DNA of 63,864 nt, the filler included, from Rozella allomycis CSF55 (Eukaryota), in assembly GCA_000442015.1 (NCBI GenBank). It is 12 parts of 11 records of this genome, joined end to end, with 100 filler letters (N's around TTAATTAATTAA, not from the genome) between each part and the next. Parts side by side here need not be neighbours in the genome. Positions count along the whole stretch, not along the records: positions 1 to 15,783 come from KE561153.1; 11 more parts are not named here. One strand, 5' to 3'. Position 1 is the stretch's first letter. Each line of letters begins with the position of its first letter. The notes below the pieces were generated by a model, which saw only the letters and a list, made by a program, of their open reading frames with translations, ran no database searches and was not told where the DNA came from. The translations under genes and the position numbers were made by a program. Shown one piece after another: positions 1-10,344 of the stretch.

Positions 1-359
1 GACTCTAAAATGCCATTGAACTTTATAATTCGTGACATTTTCTGCCATAACAAAAGAACATAACAAACACCAAGTACGTAAGTATTCAAGCCTAATATTA
101 TGCTTGTGAAATCTGTCCAAAGCATTCCTCTGTTACACCACTCCGGCCAATCCTCAATATAATTTATGGCAATGTCCACAAAAAAACTCTGAATAGTTAG
201 TGATATGTGATAAAAGATTATATATATAAAAAACACTGCATTACATAAAATAACAGTATCCTTTGTTCTCCGGTAATTTCTTAATGCCTTAAAACACGCT
301 ATTGAAGTCGTAATTAACGAAATCATGTTCATGGCTCTGAAAATCCATTTGAAAATCAT
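1..359 (-). CDS. Orphan 7TM membrane protein, paralog 1 (runs off window start)
   Basis: Manual translation MIFKWIFRAMNMISLITTSIACFKAL...WPEWCNRGMLWTDF is homologous to the two neighbouring genes. Confidence 0.8.
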   Translation of the reverse strand, partial: MIFKWIFRAMNMISLITTSIACFKALRNYRRTKDTVILCNAVFFIYIIFYHISLTIQSFFVDIAINYIEDWPEWCNRGMLWTDFTSIILGLNTYVLGVCYVLLLWQKMSRIIKFNGILE

Positions 360-562
360 TAATTGAATTTCTATTTATAGGTTATTAAGATCCGAAGAAC
401 ATGTCTGCTCACTGCTCAGTCAGACAGTCACCACTTCCGCAAGAATATCATAAAAGCCTCTATTGAGGCGAGAATTTTTATTAAAGTTTGAGATTATCCG
501 ATGATTTCATTTTCATGTTTATTGATGTCCCGGCGTGAAGTGAAGCGAGCTATCTTTTGTAG

Positions 563-1460
563 CTAATTTACTTGAATGAGACTATAGACATTTTTTACAT
601 GTATTACCTTAATTGATTTGACATTTAAAAAGTATATTCCCACAAGAAATCCTGCGCTGGCATAGGCAAAATATGTAGACACGGTATTTGTGGTGCCTTT
701 ATAGAACTCTATGATACCAGATCTGTAGTCAAATGTGTACAGATTGAATGAATGCATAGGTGAAGTGAAAATTCTAATTTCACCGTTCACATAAAACGCA
801 GTTGAAACTATTAAAATACATGCTAGTCTTATTAGTCCTCTTTTTGTATTTTCATTGAGTTCTTCTTTTTTGAGAAATAATTGGACAAAAATAAATGGGA
901 AAAGGTATGCTTGATTAAAACTTTGATTTTTCCATACCATTATAGACTATTAAAATCACACATCCACCAGTCATGACAAAAGCTTTCATGAATTGAGTTA
1001 TTCCTGTTATACGCACGTCATATATCATGATCGCAAGCAGGACAATGTTCGTCGCCAGATGAATTCCAATGGCAAATTCCCGCCTAATGTAGCGAACAAT
1101 GGAACTAACGACAGCGTTAATCTTGACAACTCGGGACATGTTCTGCCACCATAAGACTACACAACATAAGCCAAGAATATATATGTTTAAGCCCAAAATT
1201 AAGCCAATATACTCTATCCAAAGCATTGACCTATCGCACCAATCTGGCAAGTTATCGACATACAAAATTGCAATGTCGACGAAAAAACTTTCACAAAGTT
1301 GGGCAACGTGAAATAGGCACGAATACATAAAAAACATAACGTTAGATAGAATCAACGTTTCTTTTGTTTTTTGGTATTTTTTAATGACCTTAAAGAGGGC
1401 GATAGATGCAGTGATTAAAGATATGAAATTCATACCTCTGAAAATCCATTTGAGAACCAT
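563..1460 (-). CDS. Orphan 7TM membrane protein, paralog 2 (2 exons)
   Basis: ORFs 915..1460 and 563..940 join in frame through a 28-nt GT-AG intron (VYN-A-YLFPF); about 7 hydrophobic segments. Confidence 0.8.
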
Positions 1461-1767
1461 AAAAATAGAGCCCAGCTAATCTCAGTTGCCATGGATTTTC
1501 TTCATTTTCCATTTCATGTACAATTGGACTTAAATAAAATCGATCAAATTCACCTTGTTAAATAGAATTTATATCCATCCAACTTTCATTATATAGTTAG
1601 TTGCCATGGAGTGGCATGCTACCTTCAATACCAACGAATTAGAAGGATAACCATTTGAAATATTAAGAAGTAACAGATGAACAAACGAATAAGAATTTTA
1701 TGTGCGGAAAATATATAGATGATATTCTACGCTCATCATTATTTATTTGCTTCTGAGCTCTTCATTT

Positions 1768-2967
1768 TTAAATTCTCCATTGTGCCATGGCTTGATGTGT
1801 TATCTTTAGTCGGCTTTTGATTAGACTATTTTTGACACAAATGTGACTTACTTTGACAGGCTTAGAGTTTAAGAAATATATGCCTATCAGAAATCCGCCA
1901 CAAGCATAAGCCATGTACGTTGTAACTTTCTTTTCAGTACTTTCAAAGAAATCTGTTATTCCCACCCTGTAATCACGTGTGTATAAGCTGAATGAGTTAA
2001 CCGAAGACGTGTAAAGTTTGTAGACGCCAATTATATAAATAGCACTAGATGCNAGAGTTTAAGAAATATATGCCTATCAGAAATCCGCCACAAGCATAAG
2101 CCATGTACGTTGTAACTTTCTTTTCAGTACTTTCAAAGAACTCTGTTATTCCCACCTTATAATCACACGTGTACAAGCTGAATGAGTTAACTGAAGACGT
2201 GTAAAGTTTGTAGACGCCAATTATATAAATAGCACTAGATGCTAAAAGTACTCCAGCTAGTCTAACTAGGCCTGTCTTGGTGTTTTCATTAAGATTTCCT
2301 GATTGAAATACAATTTGGCTGAAAATGAAAGGCAATAGATATACTTAATCGTCAGTTATGTTGAATATTACTATTATAAACCACTAGTATCGCACACCCA
2401 ATAGACATGGCTGCAGCTTTAACATATTGTGTGATGCCTGTAATTCGAACATCATAAATCATGACTGATAATAGACAAGCATTAACAAAAACAAGTGATC
2501 CAATGGCCGTTTTCTTATTAATGCGCCTCACAATTGATCCAATAGCAACGTTAACTTTGATAATACGTGACATCTTTTGCCACAATAGCAACACATAGCA
2601 AACACCTAGAGTGTATGTATTCAAACCCATGATTATACTAATATATTCAGTCCAAAGCATACCTCTCTCACACCAATCTGGCAAGTCGTCAATATACGTG
2701 ATAGCTACATCGACATAGAAACTCTCAATGATCAATGCCATCTGATGCAAACCTATGAATAAAAAGAACACTGCGTTGGATAAAATCAATGCATCTTTGT
2801 TCCTNTAATGCCAACTGATGCAAACCAATGAATAAAAAGAACACTGCGTTGGATAAAATCAATGCATCTTTGTTCCTTTTATAGCCTCTACTAGCTTTAA
2901 AACATGCAAACGAGGCAGTTATCAATGATAAAAAGTTGAGTGCCCTGAATATCCATTTAAGTACCAT
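1768..2967 (-). CDS. Orphan 7TM membrane protein, paralog 3 (broken by single-N haplotype duplications)
   Basis: MVLKWIFRALNFLSLITAS... with the same intron position; segments duplicated at N 2053 and N 2805. Confidence 0.8.
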
Positions 2968-3153
2968 GGATTTGGATTACCAGTTGGTTACCACGTCATC
3001 GTCGACACCATCTACAATTCAAGATCCCATCGCTCCAACTAACTAAAAAAGAATTCAAACACTGTAATCGTATTGCAAGTGCTATCTTTTTAGAGTGTCC
3101 ATCATTGAGCAATAAAATTAAATCGACTCGACCCTGGTACAAAACAAACGACA

Positions 3154-3416
3154 ATGGACCAAACCAAATCATGCTGTGCTGATTCCGACTGCTGCAAAAC
3201 TGGATGCAATTGCACGGATGGAGAATGTGGAAAGGGAGGATGCCAATGTTCTGAGAGTAACAATTGGAAATGTATCACATAGAAAAATGTGGCAATGCAT
3301 GGTGTTGCAAGAAGATATTCCATACTTGTATTGGTCATTGCGTCACACCTTTTGTTATGGGGTGTCTAGCTGGTGCTGCTTTTGTGTTTTTGTACAAGGA
3401 AAAGTGTAAAAACTAG
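3154..3416 (+). CDS. Small Cys-rich metallothionein-like protein with C-terminal hydrophobic helix (78 aa, 2 exons)
   Basis: ATG 3154, intron 3257-3282: MDQTKSCCADSDCCKTGCNCTDGECGKGGCQCSEKKCGNAWCCKKIFHTCIGHCVTPFVMGCLAGAAFVFLYKEKCKN. Confidence 0.65.
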
Positions 3417-3618
3417 GTCTATTGCTTGTGTTGACCTATGGAATAAATCATAAAATTTTAGTATTCCTTTAAAGTATAATTTGACATATTTGCGTGTAGA
3501 ATTGTTAATATTGCGCGACAATGTCATAGTTGTCGAATAGTAGTTGATTGAAAATGCTTGGTGATTTATTTATAAATGAGATTCATATATTTTGAGGGAA
3601 AATGATTGCAAAACTTTA

Positions 3619-3798
3619 TCAAATATGATTCTTGAACCTGAAATACGTGTAATAGACAACATAGAATGCAGACTGCATACCTAGCATTGCAAAGCAGCCA
3701 CTGACAAAAGGAAGGAACGCATAGTTTTTAAAAATCCGTGTAAAATATCTCCAATCAATCTTTTGCAATGAAAGAGAGTTGAATGTATCTTTGTTCAT
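3619..3798 (-). CDS. Small single-TM protein, possibly Mim1-like mitochondrial outer-membrane protein
   Basis: MNKDTFNSLSLQKIDWRYFTRIFKNYAFLPFVSGCFAMLGMQ...; FLPFVSG resembles Mim1 FLPFING; the haplotype copy has an in-frame 21-nt indel. Confidence 0.4.
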   Translation of the reverse strand: MNKDTFNSLSLQKIDWRYFTRIFKNYAFLPFVSGCFAMLGMQSAFYVVYYTYFRFKNHI

Positions 3799-3909
3799 CG
3801 GAACAGCCACCCAAATGCCGAAAGCAGAAGCAGGAACCTCTAAANCATAGTTTTTGAAAATCCGTGTAAAATACGATAGAGAGTTGAATGTATCCTTGGT
3901 CATCGGAAC

Positions 3910-3915
3910 AGCCAC
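3910..3915 (+). promoter_or_regulatory. Start-proximal AGCCAC motif (example; also at 15751, 30979, 35271, 42514, 42696, 47083, 55884, 63541)
   Basis: Exact hexamer 2-15 nt upstream of nine inferred ATGs on the coding strand. Confidence 0.7.
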
Positions 3916-3919
3916 CCAA

Positions 3920-5227
3920 ATGCCGAAAGCAGAAGCAGGAACCTCTAAAGCTTTGGCTAACAAGATGAAGGTAAAAGATTATAAAAAAATTACTAGTCCA
4001 AAGGGCTTCAAAAGCTGCGGTGGTATTGCCAAGTGTGTGAGAAGCAGTGTCGCGATGAGAATGGTTTCAAGGTACGCATTGTTGTTGAGTCGGAATAGTG
4101 TCATGTATTGTCAGAAGCACATCAGCGACAAATGAAGTTGTTTGGCGGGAATGTTGATAAACAGGTTAATAGTTATTCCAGAGAGTTTTCGAGTGGGTTT
4201 ATATCATTGTTGTCTCGACAGTATGACATGGTGTTTGTGGCAATGTAGATATGGGACTAGAAGAGTGCATGCTAATCATGTGTATCAGGAATATATTAGA
4301 GACAAGCAGCATACGCATATGAATGCTACGAGGTGGCATTCGCTGACTGATTTTGTGTTGTGGTTGGGAAAAGAGCGTATTTGTAATATTGAAGAGACAG
4401 AAAGAGGATGGTTTATTACATGGATAGACAATTCACCAGAGGCGCTAGCAAAGCGGGTAGGTGTTTATTGATTGTTTGAGGATAGGAATTGCAAGAGCAT
4501 AAAGCAAAGGTGGAATTGGATGCGGGGAGGATCCAAGAGATATTGATTAATAGACAAATTGAGAAAGCAAAAGAAAAGGCAAGAGAGTTGAATTTGAATC
4601 TTGAGTTCAAAGAAGAAGAGAAAGTTTTGGAAAGGGAGAATCAAGAAGAAATAATAAAATTAGACTTTAAAGCAATCAAAAGTGGGATTGAATCAAAGAG
4701 TGCATTGAAACCATTAAAGACTATTTTTGATGAAGATGAAGAGAGTGAAAAGGAAGAAGTGAATGAATCTAAAAGAAGGAATGTTTTTGGAGAAATGAAA
4801 GAAAAAGAAGAGAATAAAAAGATGAAAAAAGAAAAAGAAACAGTTTTAGAGAATTGGTTGCATCCGAATATATGGGTTAAAGTGTTGAATAAAGAATTAG
4901 AAGATGGAAAATTTTATAAAAAGAAGGGGATTGTAGTTAAAGTGATTGATAGATTTATAGCTCAGATTGAGATTGAAGATGAACGAGGGAAAGTAATGAT
5001 TAGAATAGATCAAGATGAACTTGAAACTGTAATTCCAGTAAACAGAAATAAAATTTGTTTGTTAAAAGGCTATTGGAAAGAAGGTTTTGATTGTTAATGG
5101 AGAGAGGAGAGGATCTGTTGGAATTTTAGAAGAAATAGATTTTGAGAGGTACAATGCAACAATTAAACTTTCTAATGGAGTTTTGTTGAAAAAGATTCCA
5201 TATGAATATTTTTCTAAATCTATTTAA
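3920..5227 (+). CDS. KIN17: DNA/RNA-binding protein KIN17 (Rts2)
   Basis: Spliced MPKAEAGTSKALANKMKSKGLQKLRWYCQVCEKQCRDENGFKCH; HMNATRWHSLTDFV; C-terminal KOW region; five 26-31 nt introns. Confidence 0.95.
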
Positions 5228-5258
5228 TAAATTTTGTATTTAAAAAGAGTAGATTGAT

Positions 5259-7585
5259 TTATTTGACATCTTCTAATTCAACGAGAATGTCATCAGAAGC
5301 AACGCTTTGATTTTCTTTAACAAGAACAGATTTAACTTTGGCTGCTTTCTGTGCTTTTAAAACATTTTGCATTTTCATTGCTTCTACAACACAAATTTCT
5401 GTCCCTTGAGCAACCTATTGAATTAATCTAACTTTGTTACAATGTCGCCTGGTTTAACAGCCACAGAAACAACAGTGCCAGGCATTGGTGAGACTATCAC
5501 TTTGCTTGTATCTAGCTTTGGTTTTGGTATCATGTATTTTGATAATTCATATTGAGCTTTATTTAAAACTTTCACATCAAACTATTTTTTAATCTATTTT
5601 CTACTTTACTTTAGTTCCAAAATATTGCAATCTATAGCCTGGATCTAATCTATCCAAATATTGAATTGTAATCTTTCCCNTTACTTTGGTTCCAAAATAT
5701 TGCAATCTATAGCCTAGATCTAATCTATCCAAATATTGAATTGTGATCTTTCCCGAATCTGTGGTCAAGTAAAGTAATGGATTTTCTAATTCCCATTCAA
5801 GTTTAAAATTCATTTTATATCCGTTAATGAAAATCTTTAATCTCTTTTTGAAAATATTACGTTTTCATCTTTAAAGTTGATTGAGAATATTTTATCTTTT
5901 ATTAAAACAATTAATTCTTCCATTCTAGTTGGACCATAAGCGTATTTTATTCTTCTAGCTTCATGAACGAATGCTCCAGCTGCTGCCAACTCTAAATAGT
6001 TTTCTTCTGATAATTTATGCCCCTGGAATCCAGATTTGAATTCTTCTGACAGAAATTTAGTTGAAATATTTCCAGACACAAATCTAGGATGTTTTATCAC
6101 TTCTCTCAACAATGGAATATTATGAGTCACCCCTTATAACCCTTATTTATTTATTTAACCTTTTATAACATAAGAATCCAATGCATCAGCCATTGTTTGA
6201 ATAGCTTCATTTCTTGTTTTGCCATGCGTGCTAAGCTTACATATCATTGGATCGTAAAACACTGAAATCTCACTTCCCTTTTACTTGATCATATTTCTCT
6301 TACTTCTACTATTCCAGAATCACATCTAACAATATTTTCATTAGTAGCTTTCGGCTCAATATATTTACTCAACTTGCCAATACATGGGAGATACTTTTCT
6401 GGATCTTCTGCATACACTCTTGATTCCAATGCCCATCCATTAATCTTCACTTCATCTTGCTTTAAAGATAATTTATGTCCAGCTGCAACTCCAATCATAT
6501 GCTCTACCAAATCAGTCCCAGTGATCAACTCTGTAATTGGATGCTCAACTTGCAATCTTGTATTCATTTCTAGAAAATAAAAATTTCTCTGTGAATCTAC
6601 AAGAAACTCAACAGTCCCAGCTGAATTGTACTTGACCTTCTTGGCCAATTGAACCGCTTGTTCTCCCATTCGCCTTCTCGTTTCCTCATCCAACGCTGGG
6701 CTAGGCGCCTCTTCAATCACCTTTTGGTTCCTCCTCTGAATAGAACATTCTCTCTCGGGCAAATATATCTTTAACTCAAAAGCTAAATTCTTACAACGTT
6801 GCCATGATTGTCACCCACCACTTGGATTTCAACATGTCTCGGATTATCAATATACTTTTCAATCAACAATCTATCATCCCCAAAACTAGATTTGCTCTCA
6901 GCTTTCGCTAGTCTATAACTCTCCCTCACTTCACTCTCATTCCACGCTATCCTCATCCCTTTCCCACCCCCTCCAGCACTCGCCTTGATCATAATCGGAT
7001 ACCCTATTTCCTGCGCAATTTCTAATGCATGCTTTTCATCTCTCACAACACCATTAAACCCGGGTATTGTATTCACACCAGCCTTCTTGGCTAGTATTTT
7101 GCTCTGAATCTTATCGCCCATAGCCGCAATCGCATCATATGATGGCCCAATAAACACAATCCCATTCTTATTCAGTTCACTACAAAATTTATCATTTTCA
7201 GATAAAAATCCATATCCTTTTTTCAACACGAAATCAATATACCAGGATGCACCGCTTCAGCTCCAGTCTTCTTTATAGCTTCAATAATTCTCTTCACATT
7301 CAAATAACTTTGAGATGAGGGCGAAGGCCCAACATGCACCGCTTCATCCGCCATTCTTACATGAAGAGAAGACGCATCCGCATCAGAGTAGATTGAAACT
7401 GTCTTGATTCCCATCTTTCTGGCAGTCTTTATAACTCTACATGCTATTTCTCCTCTATTTGCAATCAATATTTTGTTAAACGTCTCTTCTTGCTACATCG
7501 TTTAAATTACCTTGCCATACGAGTAGAACCTCTTGATTGATTCAATATTTAGAAACGGACTTTTCGTTGATTTAAACAATAGCAT
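5259..7585 (-). CDS. PCCA: Propionyl-CoA carboxylase alpha chain, mitochondrial (biotin carboxylase + biotinyl domain)
   Basis: [63 protein letters not shown] biotinylation motif; multiple tiny introns. Confidence 0.88.
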
Positions 7586-7995
7586 TTTGAAATTTACAAA
7601 AATTAATAACTTCAAGTCTATTTGAATGGATCAACAGTTACAGAACAGCATCAACAAACGAGCATAAAATATTAAACCACACATCTCAAAGAGTCAAAGA
7701 CATATGCAAGAGCCATCAGCCAGACTGTAGGCTGATTACTTTCTGGAAGCGTCTACGAAAGGCATGCAGACGTTGTCATATTACTATATATCCGCATTAT
7801 TTTAATGACTAAAAGTAGAAAACTGGAAGTGACTCAAAAACGACATTCGTATATATTTATTGAGGAGCATGAAATTTCTATTGACTGTAAAAAAAGTCTA
7901 CAAATTCAGAACGAGGATATGATGTTGAATGTTCTTTTTTAAGGTTTCAAAATTTGTCGCATACCTTCAGGTTCGAATACCAGCCCTTGTAGAAA

Positions 7996-9807
7996 ATGCA
8001 TTTCCCTCACGAGGTTTGGTTGATTGTTTTGTCCAAGTTAAGTCTAAACAATCTAAAACAGATTTCTAGAACATCACGTGGGCTTCGTTCACTTTGCGCC
8101 GACTCAATCCTTCATCAAGCTCCTGAATTAAGCTGCTCCTGGAAATGTCCGCATGTAATTCAATTTCTAATTCAAATGGGTTGTAATAAGTTGCTTAGCC
8201 TAGATTTGTGTTCGGATATCCTCGCATACAGCGAAAGGTTCATTTGCTTTCTGAATTTCCTGAACCAAAAAGACATTTCTACAAAAACTGTTAATTATGC
8301 ATTCCAGTTTGCATGCCAATATGATCTAATGTGTGCTTTCCAAGAGAGTCTAATGAGGACCAACTGCCATCGGAAGTTTGGGAATTGTATTCAACCCGAT
8401 CCTTCAGCAGACGAAAGCAATGCAATAAGATTAGCCGCAGAGAATGGACACGCAGAAATTGTTAATTATCTGCTAACCGAAACAAGAGTTGACCCCAGTG
8501 CTGTACATGATGAGGCAATCAAGGTTGCTTTTGCGAAAGGTCACGACAACGTTATTAAACTATTACTCAAGGATTCTAGAGTTGCTCCGAATGCAGGGAG
8601 TTTTAATGCTATTTCTTGGGCTTGCGAGAAGGGTTATGCAGACTTTGTCAAACTTTTGCTAGCCGATTCTAGGGTAAATCCTTGCGTAGATAACAATTAT
8701 CCTATTCAGACGGCTTCTAAGAACGGCCATGTAGAAGTTGTAAAATTATTGCTGGAAGATCCTAGAGTCGACCCAAGTGCAGAACACTGTAAAGCTATCA
8801 GACTTGCTTCTGATAAATGTCACAGTCGTATATGTCACAGTAGTAAACATTACACTAGCAAACGTCACGCCGATATTGTCACACTCTTACTGGCAGATTC
8901 TCGAATCAGTGTACATGAATTGGATAGAGTGCATCTTGTGTTTTCTCGCTACGATGATTCAAACGTTGTCGATCTTTTGCTTGCCGATTCCCGAGTAAAT
9001 CAAATTAAAAAAGACTATATTTCTTTTCTGCATGCCTATCGAAACGGCTACACAGATGTTGTTAAACGTTTACTGGAAGAATCTAGGGTTGATCCTAGCG
9101 CAAATAATAACATGGCTATTCGAGTGGCTTCCATACATGGCTACGAGGAAATTGTTAAACTTTTAATGCAGGATTCGAGAGTAGACCCAAGTGACTGGAA
9201 CAATCATGCTATTACTCGGGCTTGTGCCAATGGTCATGCAAATATCGTCAAACGTTTGTTAGCGGATTCTAGGGTAAATCCATGCACACATAACCTTATA
9301 TCAGCCTCCCGTAATGGCCATTTCGAAGTTGTTAAAATATTACTAGAAGATGCGAGAGTTGATCCAAGTGCGAACGACAATGATGCTATTCAGCAGGCTT
9401 CCCGTAATGGCCATTTCGAAGTTGTTAAAACATTACTTGAAGATGCTAGAGTTGATCCAAGTTCAAATGCCAACTATGCTATTCGATCGGCCTCCGAGTG
9501 TGGACATGCAGATGTTGTCAGAATATTGCTGAAAGATCCTAGAGTTGATCCAGGTATACAAGGCAATTTTGCCATTAAGTATGCTTCCTCTAATGGCCAT
9601 ATAGATGTGGTCAAACTTTTGCTTAAAGATTCTAGAGTAGATCCATGCTCAAATGACAATAATGCTATTCGCGCGGCCTTCAACCACGATCGTGATGATG
9701 TTGTCAACTTATTGATCCAAGACGCTAGAGTTTTTGCAAGGGCACTAGAAAACGGTACTTTATATCATTTTATATCATATTTGTCGGATTCTGAGAAGTC
9801 TTGTTAA
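7996..9807 (+). CDS. F-box-like N-terminus + ankyrin repeat protein (DSRVDPSA-type), intronless
   Basis: MHFPHEVWLIVLSKLSLNNLKQISRTSRGLRSL F-box pattern; repeated AIRxASxNGHxEVVKLLLEDSRVDPS. Confidence 0.9.
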   Translation: MHFPHEVWLIVLSKLSLNNLKQISRTSRGLRSLCADSILHQAPELSCSWKCPHVIQFLIQMGCNKLLSLDLCSDILAYSERFICFLNFLNQKDISTKTVNYAFQFACQYDLMCAFQESLMRTNCHRKFGNCIQPDPSADESNAIRLAAENGHAEIVNYLLTETRVDPSAVHDEAIKVAFAKGHDNVIKLLLKDSRVAPNAGSFNAISWACEKGYADFVKLLLADSRVNPCVDNNYPIQTASKNGHVEVVKLLLEDPRVDPSAEHCKAIRLASDKCHSRICHSSKHYTSKRHADIVTLLLADSRISVHELDRVHLVFSRYDDSNVVDLLLADSRVNQIKKDYISFLHAYRNGYTDVVKRLLEESRVDPSANNNMAIRVASIHGYEEIVKLLMQDSRVDPSDWNNHAITRACANGHANIVKRLLADSRVNPCTHNLISASRNGHFEVVKILLEDARVDPSANDNDAIQQASRNGHFEVVKTLLEDARVDPSSNANYAIRSASECGHADVVRILLKDPRVDPGIQGNFAIKYASSNGHIDVVKLLLKDSRVDPCSNDNNAIRAAFNHDRDDVVNLLIQDARVFARALENGTLYHFISYLSDSEKSC

Positions 9808-9893
9808 TGCCTGACTTCTTCATGTTTGCAATTTAATAAAATATAGTTCTATTTTTCATTTAAAATATAGTTAAAACAGAGATGATATCATTC

Positions 9894-10340
9894 AGATTGA
9901 GGGGAGGGTGGGAGTGTAACTTGTAAGCGGTAGCCGGTAACAATCTGGCTGCTGAGCTGCTCACACTTCCGGTATATTATTTAGTGAATTAGCCAAGCAA
10001 ATAAGGGATCCAATAAAAAGATCGATGTTATTGGTTTGCTAAAGGAAACAAAAAGAAGTGAGAAGTGAATAATAAAACAGTGCTGAGTTTCCATATCGGA
10101 CGAAGGAAACCCAATTCACAACCCAAGAGCTTCGATTGGATAAGACGTTTTCAAAGAATTGTTAAGGATTGAAAATGAAGATTGTAATATAAAAAATTTA
10201 TGAGTTATTGATTTATTCCAGAGAATTATCCTCCCTCTTTTAAGTCTCACAGCGGATCTTACAAATATTTTTTATTATATTTATTCTTGTATGGATCGTA
10301 GAGCACGGATCACGAATTTGAAATTTCCACTGGGGCTTAG
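9894..10340 (+). ncRNA. Candidate structured non-coding RNA (unassigned)
   Basis: No ORF; nested stems with G-U pairs (GGGAGTGT/ACACTTCC, CGGTAGCCGG/CTGGCTGCTG, GTGAAT/ATTCAC, GTTTCC/GGAAAC) and long-range GGGGAGGGTG/TATCCTCCCT. Confidence 0.3.
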
Positions 10341-10344
10341 TTTA

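Noticed and set aside
7716-7775. Two short hairpins (ATCAGCC/GGCTGAT; CGTCT/AGACG) in an intergenic region
   Set aside because: Stems are short and I see no snRNA/snoRNA box motifs; could be chance.
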